Origin: Bacteroidales bacterium
GTDB lineage: Bacteria; Bacteroidota; Bacteroidia; Bacteroidales; GCA-2748055
Direction: 5' to 3'
DNA length: 64,000 bases
Assembly (NCBI GenBank): GCA_040768485.1
Contig: JAXGMU010000002.1
Span: 40,285 to 104,284, forward strand
A program made the position numbers and the translations under genes. Every line of letters begins with the position of its first letter. Position 1 is the stretch's first letter. Below are positions 36,938-46,048 of this stretch, piece by piece. Below the pieces are notes generated by a model that saw only the letters and a list, made by a program, of their open reading frames with translations, was not told where the DNA came from and ran no database searches.

Positions 36938-37780
36938 ATGGCAATTCATTATGAAGTAAGACTTTCGCATCATCCCGGGGATACAAAGCAGTACGGGACG
37001 GAAAAGATCCGGAAGGAGTTCCTCGTGGAGAAACTGATGGTCGGCGGTGAGATCAACCTGGTCTATTCGCTGTACGACCGGTTTATCGTCGGCGGAGCTG
37101 TTCCCGGAAAGGAGAAGCTTGAGCTGACCACCATCGATCCGCTGAAATCTGAGCATTTCTGTGACCGCCGGGAATTGGGGATCATCAACGTGGGAGGGGA
37201 TGCCGAAATACGCGTGGACGGGGAAAGCTATCCCCTCGGATACAAAGATGCCCTCTATGTGGGGGCCGGCTCAAAAAAGATTGTGTTCTCGAGCAGGGAC
37301 CAAACCAGGCCCGCACACCTGTACCTCAACTCGGCACCCGCCCATCATGCCTATCCCACCAGGCGGATCACCCTGGCTGACGCCGAGGTGGTTGAACTGG
37401 GCGCCCCGGAACAGTCCAATGCACGCAGGCTGAACAAATTGCTTGTGAACAGTGTGGTGGATACCTGCCAGCTGCAGATGGGAATGACCGAACTGAAAAC
37501 GGGCAGTGTCTGGAACACGATGCCTCCCCATACGCACACCCGGCGGATGGAAACCTATTTCTATTTTGAGGTGCCGGAGGACCAGGCCATCTGCCACCTG
37601 ATGGGAGAACCCGATGAAACCAGGCTCATCTGGCTCAAAAATGAACAGGCGGTCATCTCCCCGCCATGGTCCATTCATGCAGCCGCGGGAACCAGCAACT
37701 ATATCTTCATCTGGGGAATGGCCGGTGAGAACCTGGATTACGGCGATATGGACGTGGTAAAGCCCTATGAACTCAGGTAA
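36938..37780 (+). CDS. kduI: 5-dehydro-4-deoxy-D-glucuronate isomerase
   Basis: 280 aa. RFIVGGAVP, RELGIINVGG, HTHxRRME.YFYF and IWGMAGEN motifs of KduI. Confidence 0.95.
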   Translation: MAIHYEVRLSHHPGDTKQYGTEKIRKEFLVEKLMVGGEINLVYSLYDRFIVGGAVPGKEKLELTTIDPLKSEHFCDRRELGIINVGGDAEIRVDGESYPLGYKDALYVGAGSKKIVFSSRDQTRPAHLYLNSAPAHHAYPTRRITLADAEVVELGAPEQSNARRLNKLLVNSVVDTCQLQMGMTELKTGSVWNTMPPHTHTRRMETYFYFEVPEDQAICHLMGEPDETRLIWLKNEQAVISPPWSIHAAAGTSNYIFIWGMAGENLDYGDMDVVKPYELR

Positions 37781-37793
37781 ATCAAGCATACCC

Positions 37794-38150
37794 ATGGACA
37801 GTCATGTTTTAACCGGCTCTGAATCGGGCTGGCAGGAGATTGCGCCAGGCGCCAGGAGGAAGCTGATCCACACCGACCACCTGATGATGGTCATCGTGGA
37901 GTTCACCGGAGGACCGGCAGAGGTGCCGGACCCGTTCCACGACCACCCCCATGAACAGGTTTCCTTCGTGGCCGAGGGCAGGCTCAGGCTCTTCATGAAA
38001 GGATACCAGGAGCGGGAACTGCAGGAGGGGGACATGTTCGCTGTCCCCTCCGGGATCCCCCATACCATCCAGACCCTGTCGCCCGTGGTGAGGCTCGTGG
38101 ATTGCTTTACACCGTTGCGGCAGGATTTTTTAGAAACCAGAAGAAAATAA
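37794..38150 (+). CDS. kdgF: small cupin, KdgF-like (unsaturated uronate linearisation)
   Basis: Cupin motifs HDHPHEQVSFV and GDMFAVPSGIPH. About 118 aa, positioned between kduI and kduD as KdgF is in pectin/alginate loci. Confidence 0.6.
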   Translation: MDSHVLTGSESGWQEIAPGARRKLIHTDHLMMVIVEFTGGPAEVPDPFHDHPHEQVSFVAEGRLRLFMKGYQERELQEGDMFAVPSGIPHTIQTLSPVVRLVDCFTPLRQDFLETRRK

Positions 38151-38157
38151 TGCAGAC

Positions 38158-38946
38158 ATGTCAGTAAAACTATTCGATCTAACAGGAAAACGGGCGCTGG
38201 TAACCGGCGGAACCCATGGCCTTGGAATGGCTATCGCAACCGGACTGGCCGAAGCAGGCGCCACCATCATTGTCAACGACAGGTTTCCCGAAAAGCTTGA
38301 AACCGCCAGAGAGGAATACGGTGAAAAGGGCATCACGGTCCATACCTATATCCTGGATGTCACCGATGAGGACGCCGTGACCCAGGCAATCCCCCGCATC
38401 GAAAAGGAAGCGGGTCCCATTGACATCCTGGTGAACAATGCCGGGATCATCAAGCGGGTCCCCATCTTGGATATGAAAGCCGACGAGTTCCGGGAAGTCC
38501 TCGACGTGGACCTCACGGGACCATTCATCATGTCAAAGGCGGTGGCCGCCGGGATGATCAGACGCGGCCGGGGGAAGATCATCAACATGTGCTCCATGAT
38601 GAGCGAACTGGGAAGGGACACCGTTTCCGCCTATGCCTCCGCAAAAGGAGGACTGAAGATGCTCACCCGGAGCATGGCCACCGAATGGGCCAAATACAAC
38701 ATCCAGATCAACGGCATCGGTCCCGGTTACTTTGCCACGGCCCAGACGGCACCCATCCGTGTGGACGGGCATCCTTTCAATGACTTTATCATCAACCGGA
38801 CCCCGGCAGGCCGTTGGGGCAACCCGGAAGATCTGGCCGGCACGGCCATCTTCCTCGCTTCCTCCGCCTCCGATTTCGTGAACGGGGTCGTGGTCTACGT
38901 GGATGGCGGCATCCTTGCCACCATCGGAAAACCCATGAATGAATAA
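38158..38946 (+). CDS. kduD: 2-dehydro-3-deoxy-D-gluconate 5-dehydrogenase / gluconate 5-dehydrogenase (SDR)
   Basis: ALVTGGTHGLG, NNAG, YASAKGG and GRWG.PEDL motifs. Context next to kduI. Confidence 0.85.
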   Translation: MSVKLFDLTGKRALVTGGTHGLGMAIATGLAEAGATIIVNDRFPEKLETAREEYGEKGITVHTYILDVTDEDAVTQAIPRIEKEAGPIDILVNNAGIIKRVPILDMKADEFREVLDVDLTGPFIMSKAVAAGMIRRGRGKIINMCSMMSELGRDTVSAYASAKGGLKMLTRSMATEWAKYNIQINGIGPGYFATAQTAPIRVDGHPFNDFIINRTPAGRWGNPEDLAGTAIFLASSASDFVNGVVVYVDGGILATIGKPMNE

Positions 38947-38950
38947 AACG

Positions 38951-40210
38951 ATGCATATGAAAACGACAACACTGATCATCACAGGAGCAGCCCTGGCGCT
39001 GACAGCCTGCATGCAGGAAACCGAACTGAAGCTCGCGGTGGAAAATCCGCTGGATGCGGCACGGGATGACGCCCGGATCCTTATTACCAGGAGTGAATTA
39101 TCCGGACACCTCTCTGCCATTCCTGCAAATTCCCTACCCCTGCTCACCGACCAGCAGGGGACCCCTGTCCCCTGCCAGGCGGATGATGTGGACGGGGACG
39201 GGATCTGGGACGAACTCTTCGCACTGACGGACCTGGGGCCGGGTGAAACAAAAACCCTGACCCTGACCTTCAGAGATCCCGATGAGTACCCTGCATTTGC
39301 AATCCGGACGAACATCAGAATGGGGGCCAACCAGTCAGGGTATCCCGAGCTGGAAAGCGCGAAACGGCTTGATGGAGTCAGCTATGACAACCACGCCCTC
39401 ACCGGCGAGGCATACCAGATGGAAGGCCCCGCCTGGGAAAACGACCTCGTGGGATTCAGGAATTACCTGGACCAGCGGAACGGGATGGACATCTTCGGCA
39501 AGCGCACTCCTGAAATGGTCCTCGACAGTGTGGGGATTGCAGGCAGGCAGAGTTATCACGAACCGGACTGGTGGGGAATGGACATCCTCAAGGTAAACAC
39601 CAGCCTGGGAGCAGGATCCATTGCCTGTATGTATCAGGATTCCCTGTACCGGGTGGGCGACAACGGTTCGGGCGAATACCGGCTGGTGTTCGAGGGCCCA
39701 GTGCGAAGCAGGATGAGCCTGGACTACACCGGCTGGAACGTGGACGGGCGCTCACTTGCAGTGAAGCACCAGATTGATATTGTGGGCGGCACACGCTGTT
39801 ACGAAAGCATGGTCACCTTCCCGGGCACCCGGGAGCGCCCGGATCTGGTCCCCGGCATCGTGAACATGTACAGTGATCAACTCTTCGTGGAACCGTTGAA
39901 TGACAGGTACACCATGTTGATGACCCATGCTGTCCAGGCGGAGGACACTTCCCTGCTGGCCATGGCACTGGTCGTTCCTTCCGAACTGCTGGTGGAGCAC
40001 GGCGCCACCAGGGACGAGGGGGAAGGGATCACCCAGACCTACTATGCGAGGCTGGATGCTTCCGGGGACCATCCTGTCCCCTACCGCTTCTATGCACTGT
40101 GGGAGATGGAGGACCCCCGGTGGGCTTCATCCGATGAGGTCATCGCCTACCTGAAAAAAGAAGCCGAATGCTGGTCGCATCCGGCCTCTGTTCAATTCCA
40201 GGAAGACTGA
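38951..40210 (+). CDS. DUF4861-like lipoprotein (commonly linked to kduI/kduD loci)
   Basis: Lipoprotein signal LIITGAALALTAC. Resembles DUF4861 proteins as recalled (GPAWENDLVGFRNY...). Alternative starts at 38939 and 38957. Confidence 0.55.
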   Translation: MHMKTTTLIITGAALALTACMQETELKLAVENPLDAARDDARILITRSELSGHLSAIPANSLPLLTDQQGTPVPCQADDVDGDGIWDELFALTDLGPGETKTLTLTFRDPDEYPAFAIRTNIRMGANQSGYPELESAKRLDGVSYDNHALTGEAYQMEGPAWENDLVGFRNYLDQRNGMDIFGKRTPEMVLDSVGIAGRQSYHEPDWWGMDILKVNTSLGAGSIACMYQDSLYRVGDNGSGEYRLVFEGPVRSRMSLDYTGWNVDGRSLAVKHQIDIVGGTRCYESMVTFPGTRERPDLVPGIVNMYSDQLFVEPLNDRYTMLMTHAVQAEDTSLLAMALVVPSELLVEHGATRDEGEGITQTYYARLDASGDHPVPYRFYALWEMEDPRWASSDEVIAYLKKEAECWSHPASVQFQED

Positions 40211-40213
40211 GGA

Positions 40214-42199
40214 CTATTTGTTGGTATCCCCCAGCGCATTGTTCTGGTAGGTGATCCCGGTCAGTTCCGGATTTGCGTTGTTTGCCAGGTAGATGCCGTA
40301 AGCTCCTGAATGGGAGATCTCGCAGTTGGAAATGAGCGGCACACTGGCAGTGGAGTTCCTGACGGTCACGTTACCGCTGTTGCTGCTGTACCCCCCGGCA
40401 TAGGAGATCACGCAGTGGTCGAGGATTGAGCCGTTTCCCGTGCCGCTGTCAAACCAGATCCCGTCCCAGTCCCCGGGTGCTTCAAAACCTGCCAGGGCAC
40501 CCGATGTGAAAGTGATCTGGTTTCCCGGTTCCCCGTCCGCCACCAGGACACCGAATGTGCCGGACCGGTATCCCACGTAGAGCTGGGATCCTTCCGAGAA
40601 CTTCACCGTGGTCCCGGGGTCGATGGTGAGCCTGGACCCCGTTGCGCTTCCGATATAGAGGGTCCCGTCAATGAGGTACGGGATATTCTGCCTGTGCCAT
40701 GTGACGTCGGACTGCTCAAGGTCATCTCCCTTGACCAGTATCGATGTCCCTGTTTCGAACATATTGCCTGGTCCGATCGTATGGACAAAATTTCCGTAAA
40801 TCTCGACCGGCACCGTCGCATTGTTCCCGAACGAGTTGTCCGAGAAACTTGCGAATGAAGCATCATTCCTGAGGGAGACCCCCTGGCTCTCGGATAAAGT
40901 GACCGAGCAATGGGTCATGGAAATGCGGGAACCGTCCACATGGATCATCCCGTAATTGCCGGAGTACCCTCCCCCGTATGAAAAATCGCAGTAGGAAAGG
41001 GATGAATTGTTCCCCGCTCCTTCATAAAAAGCCAGGTAATCCCAATCGCCCGGAGATCTGGCAGCTTCCGGGGCCGACGAGGTGAACACGATGTGATCCG
41101 ACTCGGTACCTTCGGCCACAAGCCGGCCGAATTCGCTGCTGCCGTAACCCACGTGCAAACCTGTTCCGCTGCCCATCCGGAGTTCTGTACCGGGCAGCAG
41201 GGTAAGGGTGGTCCCGGTGGCCGATCCCACGTACAGGTCGCCACCCACCACATAAGGCACATCCAGTTTCTGCCAGGTGGCATCCTCCATTTCAACATCA
41301 TCTCCTTCCACAAATACCCCCCGTACGGTGCTGATCTGGTTCCCTTCCCCGATGGTATGGACATAATTTCCGTGTATGTTGATGGGGTGGGTTGCAATGT
41401 CAGACAGGGAGTTTCCGGTGAAAGACCGGAACCATCCGTCATTGGTCAGGCCGATCCCCACCGTGGAAGAATTCCTGATGGTACATTGGTCGATGGACAC
41501 GGATGTGCCGTCAATATAGATTTCCCCGTATTTCTGACTGTATCCCCCGCCGTATTCCACAATGCAGTACTGCATGGATGAGTTGGAAGAAGCTCCTGCA
41601 TAGAAACCGATGAAATCCCAGTCACCGGGCGACTGATTGGCTGCCGCCGAAGTGAAGGTGATCGGTTTCTCCGCGGTTCCGTTGGCGATAAGGACCGCTC
41701 CCGCGGTATTGCTGCTGTTTCCGATGTAAAGCCCCCTGCCGGCGGCGAAGCGGACCACCGCACCGGGTTCGATGGTCAGGATGGCACCGCTTACCGAGAC
41801 GTCGGAGGTGATCAGGTGTGTCCCTTCCGGCCAGGTTTCATCCTCCGTGATGTTTCCCGAATGCTCATATACTTCCGGGGCTGTCACGGTGATGGAAACA
41901 CTGAACTGATCGGAGTCTCCCTCCGGACCGGTGACCGTGAGGGTCACCGTGTAGGATCCCGCTGCATCGAATGTGTACTGCGGATTGGGATCCCCGGAGG
42001 TCCCCTCCTGGCCAAATTCCCAGAAATAGGACATGGCATTGGAAGAGCAAAAGCTGTTAAAAGTTACAGGTGTACCGGCAACGATCTCATCCGGAGCCGT
42101 GAAGCACGCGTCCGGCGAATCCGGATTATCCTTTTTGCAGGATGTGACCAGCAAGACGGCTGCGAACGTGGCTGTAATGATCTTGGGAAAATTTTTCAT
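40214..42199 (-). CDS. lipoprotein with an N-terminal PKD domain and three tandem right-handed beta-helix-like modules
   Basis: Lipobox LLVTSC. PKD signature (F.F.F..GTSGDPNPQYTF..AG.YTVTLTV). Then three modules of about 185 aa, each with I.FTS....PGDWD...F and Y....YGGGYS motifs. Confidence 0.75.
   Translation of the reverse strand: MKNFPKIITATFAAVLLVTSCKKDNPDSPDACFTAPDEIVAGTPVTFNSFCSSNAMSYFWEFGQEGTSGDPNPQYTFDAAGSYTVTLTVTGPEGDSDQFSVSITVTAPEVYEHSGNITEDETWPEGTHLITSDVSVSGAILTIEPGAVVRFAAGRGLYIGNSSNTAGAVLIANGTAEKPITFTSAAANQSPGDWDFIGFYAGASSNSSMQYCIVEYGGGYSQKYGEIYIDGTSVSIDQCTIRNSSTVGIGLTNDGWFRSFTGNSLSDIATHPINIHGNYVHTIGEGNQISTVRGVFVEGDDVEMEDATWQKLDVPYVVGGDLYVGSATGTTLTLLPGTELRMGSGTGLHVGYGSSEFGRLVAEGTESDHIVFTSSAPEAARSPGDWDYLAFYEGAGNNSSLSYCDFSYGGGYSGNYGMIHVDGSRISMTHCSVTLSESQGVSLRNDASFASFSDNSFGNNATVPVEIYGNFVHTIGPGNMFETGTSILVKGDDLEQSDVTWHRQNIPYLIDGTLYIGSATGSRLTIDPGTTVKFSEGSQLYVGYRSGTFGVLVADGEPGNQITFTSGALAGFEAPGDWDGIWFDSGTGNGSILDHCVISYAGGYSSNSGNVTVRNSTASVPLISNCEISHSGAYGIYLANNANPELTGITYQNNALGDTNK
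40217..41878 (-). repeat. three tandem intragenic repeats (about 185 codons each) within the beta-helix lipoprotein gene
   Basis: Protein-level triplication: ITFTSAAANQSPGDWDFIGFY / IVFTSSAPEAARSPGDWDYLAFY / ITFTSGALAGFEAPGDWDGIWF, plus matching flanks. Confidence 0.8.
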
Positions 42200-42353
42200 A
42201 CTAAATGTAATTAATTAATAATCTGCAAATAAAACATATTTTAATATATTAGGATCTTTTTATCTGATTTATTTTATCAAGCAGCCTTTTTTCTTGATGA
42301 GGAGGGGCTTCCGTTTGATGGAATCAATCGTTCCCGGATTATAATTTAAATTC

Positions 42354-42361
42354 TATCTTTG
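42354..42361 (+). promoter_or_regulatory. candidate -7 promoter box (TATCTTTG) of the eda-TRAP-xyl gene string
   Basis: TAnnTTTG match 47 nt upstream of the eda ATG at 42409. Confidence 0.4.
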
Positions 42362-42382
42362 TTGGATTATCGTTAGTTTTGA

Positions 42383-42402
42383 AGGTGCAATCGATTGTGC
42401 AA
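42383..42402. promoter_or_regulatory. second copy of the LacI-type operator (AGGTGCAATCGATTGTGCAA)
   Basis: 17 of 20 positions identical to the 35856-35875 site, including a 14-nt identical core GTGCAATCGATTGT. Lies between the -7 box and the eda start codon. Confidence 0.6.
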
Positions 42403-42408
42403 ACAACC

Positions 42409-43071
42409 ATGAAAAGAATTGATGTGGCCTTGAAAATGAGGGAAACCGGTGTGGTTCCCCTCTTCTACCATCCCGACATCGAGATCTGTAAAAAAGTGAT
42501 TGCCGCCTGTTACAGGGGAGGCATGACCCTCTTCGAATTCACCAACCGGGGCGATCATGCCCACGAGACCTTTTCGGAACTTGTCAAATGGGCAAAGAAG
42601 GAAATGCCCGACCTGGTCATGGGCGTTGGTTCGGTGGTCGACCCCGGCACATGCGCGCTGTACATCCAGCTTGGGGCAAAATTCATCGTCTCCCCACTGC
42701 TCAACGAAGAGATGGGCAGGATTTGCAACCGCAGGAAGGTATTATGGATCCCCGGCTGCGCCACGGCATCTGAGATCAGCCGGGCGGAGGAAGCCGGGGC
42801 GGAGATCATCAAGATATTCCCCGGTCCCACCGTGGGAGGTCCCGCCTTTATAAAAGCCTACCTGGGGCCCTGTCCGTGGTCAAATCTCATGCCGTCAGGC
42901 GGTGTGTCACCCACAATGGAAAACCTCACGGAATGGTTCAGTGCAGGGGCTTTTGCAGTGGGGATGGGTTCCCGGCTGATCACCAGGGAGATCCTCACAG
43001 AACAGAATTACAGGAAACTGGAAGAAGCCGCAAGATATACGGTGGAATCCATTCAGAAAATCAGAAGTTAA
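42409..43071 (+). CDS. eda: 2-dehydro-3-deoxyphosphogluconate / 4-hydroxy-2-oxoglutarate aldolase
   Basis: KDPG aldolase layout (VVPLFYH, FEFTNRG, GVGSV, IVSP, PG..T.SE, IKIFP). The start is set at the ATG at 42409. Confidence 0.85.
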   Translation: MKRIDVALKMRETGVVPLFYHPDIEICKKVIAACYRGGMTLFEFTNRGDHAHETFSELVKWAKKEMPDLVMGVGSVVDPGTCALYIQLGAKFIVSPLLNEEMGRICNRRKVLWIPGCATASEISRAEEAGAEIIKIFPGPTVGGPAFIKAYLGPCPWSNLMPSGGVSPTMENLTEWFSAGAFAVGMGSRLITREILTEQNYRKLEEAARYTVESIQKIRS

Positions 43072-43085
43072 AATTCCACTTTTGC

Positions 43086-44117
43086 ATGAAGATCAGAACC
43101 TGCCTTTACCTGACCATGCTGATCCTGCCGCTGATGGGCTGCCGGAACCAGCAGGAGGGCCGGGTGCTCAAACTGGCCCACGGGCTGGATCCTTCCCATC
43201 CCGTTCACCATGCCATGGAGTTCATGGCAGAACGCTGCAAGGAGATCTCCGGCGGGCAACTGACCATTGAGATCTACCCGAGCGGACAGCTGGGCTCCGA
43301 GCAACAGTGCGTGGAGCTTCTGCAGATCGGCAGCCTTGCCATTACAAAAGTGTCCTCGGCGGTCATGGAGAGCTTCACGGAAGACTTTCAGGTGTTCGGG
43401 CTCCCATATATTTTCAGGTCCAGGGAACACTATTTCAAGGTGCTTGACAGCGAGATCGGTGATGATATTCTCCGGAGCGCGGAGCCATACTGGATCAGGG
43501 GACTCTGCTTCTATGATGCAGGCAGCCGGAGCTTCTACACGATCGACCGGCCAATCAATCACCCGGACGATCTGAAAGGATTGAAGCTCAGGGTTATGAA
43601 GAGCATCACCGCGATGAACATGGTCAAATCCCTGGGAGGCTCCCCCACTCCCATCTCATGGGGTGAGCTGTATACCGCACTGCAGAGCGGCGTAGTGGAC
43701 GGTGCCGAAAACAATCCACCGAGCTTCTACACAAGCCACCACTATGAGGTTTGCAAATTTTTCAGCCTGAACGAACACACATCCATCCCCGATGTGCTGA
43801 TCGTCTCTCTGAAGGTTTGGGAAAAGCTTTCCGACCAGGAAAAAATGTGGCTGCAGCAGGCAGCGGACGAATCGGTTCCGGTGGAACGGGAGCTGTGGGC
43901 TGAATCGGAAAAGAAGTCCCTTGAAATCGTGCAGGAGGAGGGCGTGACCGTGGTATATCCCGACAAGGAACCGTTTGCCCGCAAAGTGGAACCCCTTCTG
44001 GAGTCTTACAGGGACAACAAGAAGATCTATGACCTGATCACCCGCATCCGGGAAGTGCAGTCGGATGAAGAACCAAAAACCACGACTGATGGAAAAGATA
44101 GCTTACTGGTTGAATAA
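43086..44117 (+). CDS. dctP: TRAP transporter substrate-binding protein (DctP family, lipoprotein)
   Basis: Lipobox LPLMGC. LKLAHGLDPSHP..., YPSGQLG, FYDAGSRSFY and NPPS motifs of DctP. Confidence 0.9.
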   Translation: MKIRTCLYLTMLILPLMGCRNQQEGRVLKLAHGLDPSHPVHHAMEFMAERCKEISGGQLTIEIYPSGQLGSEQQCVELLQIGSLAITKVSSAVMESFTEDFQVFGLPYIFRSREHYFKVLDSEIGDDILRSAEPYWIRGLCFYDAGSRSFYTIDRPINHPDDLKGLKLRVMKSITAMNMVKSLGGSPTPISWGELYTALQSGVVDGAENNPPSFYTSHHYEVCKFFSLNEHTSIPDVLIVSLKVWEKLSDQEKMWLQQAADESVPVERELWAESEKKSLEIVQEEGVTVVYPDKEPFARKVEPLLESYRDNKKIYDLITRIREVQSDEEPKTTTDGKDSLLVE

Positions 44118-44562
44118 AATCCTGGAGGCAACCCTCGTCATACTGATGTCCGTACTGGTCATTGATGTGCTGTGGCAGGTGATCAGCCGTTACCTGCTGA
44201 GTTCTCCCAGCTCCTTCACGGACGAACTGGCAGGATTCCTGCTCATCTGGGTCGGCGTCCTGGGCGCCGCTTATGTGGCAGGGAGGCAGGAACACCTGGC
44301 CATTGATATCCTGGTCCAGCGGTCACCTCCCGGGCGGCAGCGAAAACTGCTTTTTTTCATACGGTCACTGATTTTCCTCTTCGCCCTCTTCGTCATGGTC
44401 ATCGGCGGGATCGTGCTCATGTACACACGCTTTTTGCTGGATGTGAAATCAGCCGCCCTCCAGCTTCCCCTGGGGTATGTCTATATCGTGCTGCCGCTGA
44501 GCGGACTGATCATCATGTTCTATGAAGTGGTGCATCTTATCGAACTAAAAAAATCCAGATAA
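44089..44562 (+). CDS. dctQ: TRAP transporter small permease (DctQ)
   Basis: Four-TM protein of about 157 aa between dctP and dctM. The alternative upstream ATG at 44065 would overlap dctP by 53 nt. Confidence 0.8.
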   Translation: MEKIAYWLNKILEATLVILMSVLVIDVLWQVISRYLLSSPSSFTDELAGFLLIWVGVLGAAYVAGRQEHLAIDILVQRSPPGRQRKLLFFIRSLIFLFALFVMVIGGIVLMYTRFLLDVKSAALQLPLGYVYIVLPLSGLIIMFYEVVHLIELKKSR

Positions 44563-44563
44563 C

Positions 44564-46021
44564 ATGGAAGTACTCGTCCTGGTGGTCTCTTTCGTGATCC
44601 TGCTAGCCATCGGCGTTCCCATTGCCTTCAGCATCGGCATCTCCGGCATTCTGACCATGCTCATGTCCATTGATTTCATTCCCGCCTTTACCACATATGC
44701 ACACCGGATGGCTACGGGCCTGGACAGTTTTGCCCTTCTGGCGATCCCATTCTTCGTACTCGCCGGGTCCATCATGAACAGCGGCGGGATCGCCATGAGG
44801 CTGATTGACTTTGCCCGGGTGCTGGTGGGCAGGTTCCCAGCCGGACTGGCATTTGTGAATGTGATCGCCAACATGCTGTTCGGCGCCATCTCAGGTTCTG
44901 CAGCGGCCTCCTCCTCGGCCATCGGGACCATCATGACCCCCGAGATGAAAAAAGAGGGTTATGATCCGGGATTCAGTGCAGCCGTGAACATCACCTCGGC
45001 CACGACCGGACTGACCATCCCGCCCAGCAATGTGCTGATCGTTTATTCGCTTGCCAGCGGAGGTGCATCCATCACGGCGCTTTTCCTGGCAGGCTATGTG
45101 CCGGGAATCATGACCGGTGTGGGGATCATGCTCGTGGCTCTGGCCATGGTCGTGTTCAAGAACAGGGGGATCAGGGGCGTCGTGCGCGTGCTGGGCAAAA
45201 TCGTCCTTCTGTCCGCCGTGCTCCTGGGGATCGGCATCGGTCTCAAGGCCCTGCACGATCATGTTTCAGGGCTGATCTTCAAACTCGTTATCTACACTCT
45301 GCTCGGGGTCCTGCTTGCCTGGGTGGTATATAAATCCGTGAAACACTGGAAAGGATTCAAATTCGCCTTCCGCAAATTCATTGATGCGGTGCCCTCCCTC
45401 CTGATGCTGGTCATTGTGATCGGCGGGATCGTGGCAGGGTATTTCACAGCCACCGAAGCCTCCGCAGTTGCCGTGCTGTACGCCCTGATCCTGGCCCTGA
45501 TCTACAGGGAGATCAGCCTGAAGGATTTGCCTGGGATCATCCTGACCTCCATCAGGACCACCTGCATCGTCCTCCTGCTGGTCGCCACCAGCATCGGGAT
45601 GTCCTGGATCATGTCCTATGAGAACATACCCCAGAGCGTGAGTGCCGGACTGCTCAACCTGAGCGACAATCCGTACATTATCCTGCTGATCATCAACCTG
45701 ATCCTGCTGTTTGTCGGGATTTTCATGGACATGACGCCCGCCATCCTGATCTTCACCCCTATTTTCCTGCCGATCGTCACATCCCAGCTGGGAATCGATC
45801 CCATCCATTTCGGGATCATCATGGTTCTGAACCTCTGTGTGGGGCTGTGCACGCCCCCGGTGGGATCTGTGCTGTTTATCGGTTGCAGTGTGGCCAACCT
45901 GAAGATCGAACGGGTCATCAAGCCGCTTCTGCCCATGTTCCTGATCATGATCGTGGTGCTGATGCTGGTCACCTACATCCCTGCACTGAGTATGTGGATC
46001 CCTAATTTACTTATGAAATAG
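44564..46021 (+). CDS. dctM: TRAP transporter large permease (DctM) with an extra hydrophobic insertion of about 60 aa
   Basis: DctM motifs (GVPIAFSIG, AIPFFVLAG, FGAISGS.AA, TPPVG). 485 aa against roughly 425 typical. The insertion is near RGVVRVLGKIV...WKGFKFAFRKF. Confidence 0.9.
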   Translation: MEVLVLVVSFVILLAIGVPIAFSIGISGILTMLMSIDFIPAFTTYAHRMATGLDSFALLAIPFFVLAGSIMNSGGIAMRLIDFARVLVGRFPAGLAFVNVIANMLFGAISGSAAASSSAIGTIMTPEMKKEGYDPGFSAAVNITSATTGLTIPPSNVLIVYSLASGGASITALFLAGYVPGIMTGVGIMLVALAMVVFKNRGIRGVVRVLGKIVLLSAVLLGIGIGLKALHDHVSGLIFKLVIYTLLGVLLAWVVYKSVKHWKGFKFAFRKFIDAVPSLLMLVIVIGGIVAGYFTATEASAVAVLYALILALIYREISLKDLPGIILTSIRTTCIVLLLVATSIGMSWIMSYENIPQSVSAGLLNLSDNPYIILLIINLILLFVGIFMDMTPAILIFTPIFLPIVTSQLGIDPIHFGIIMVLNLCVGLCTPPVGSVLFIGCSVANLKIERVIKPLLPMFLIMIVVLMLVTYIPALSMWIPNLLMK

Positions 46022-46048
46022 AGACAAACCGTTTAATTGAAATGCCTT

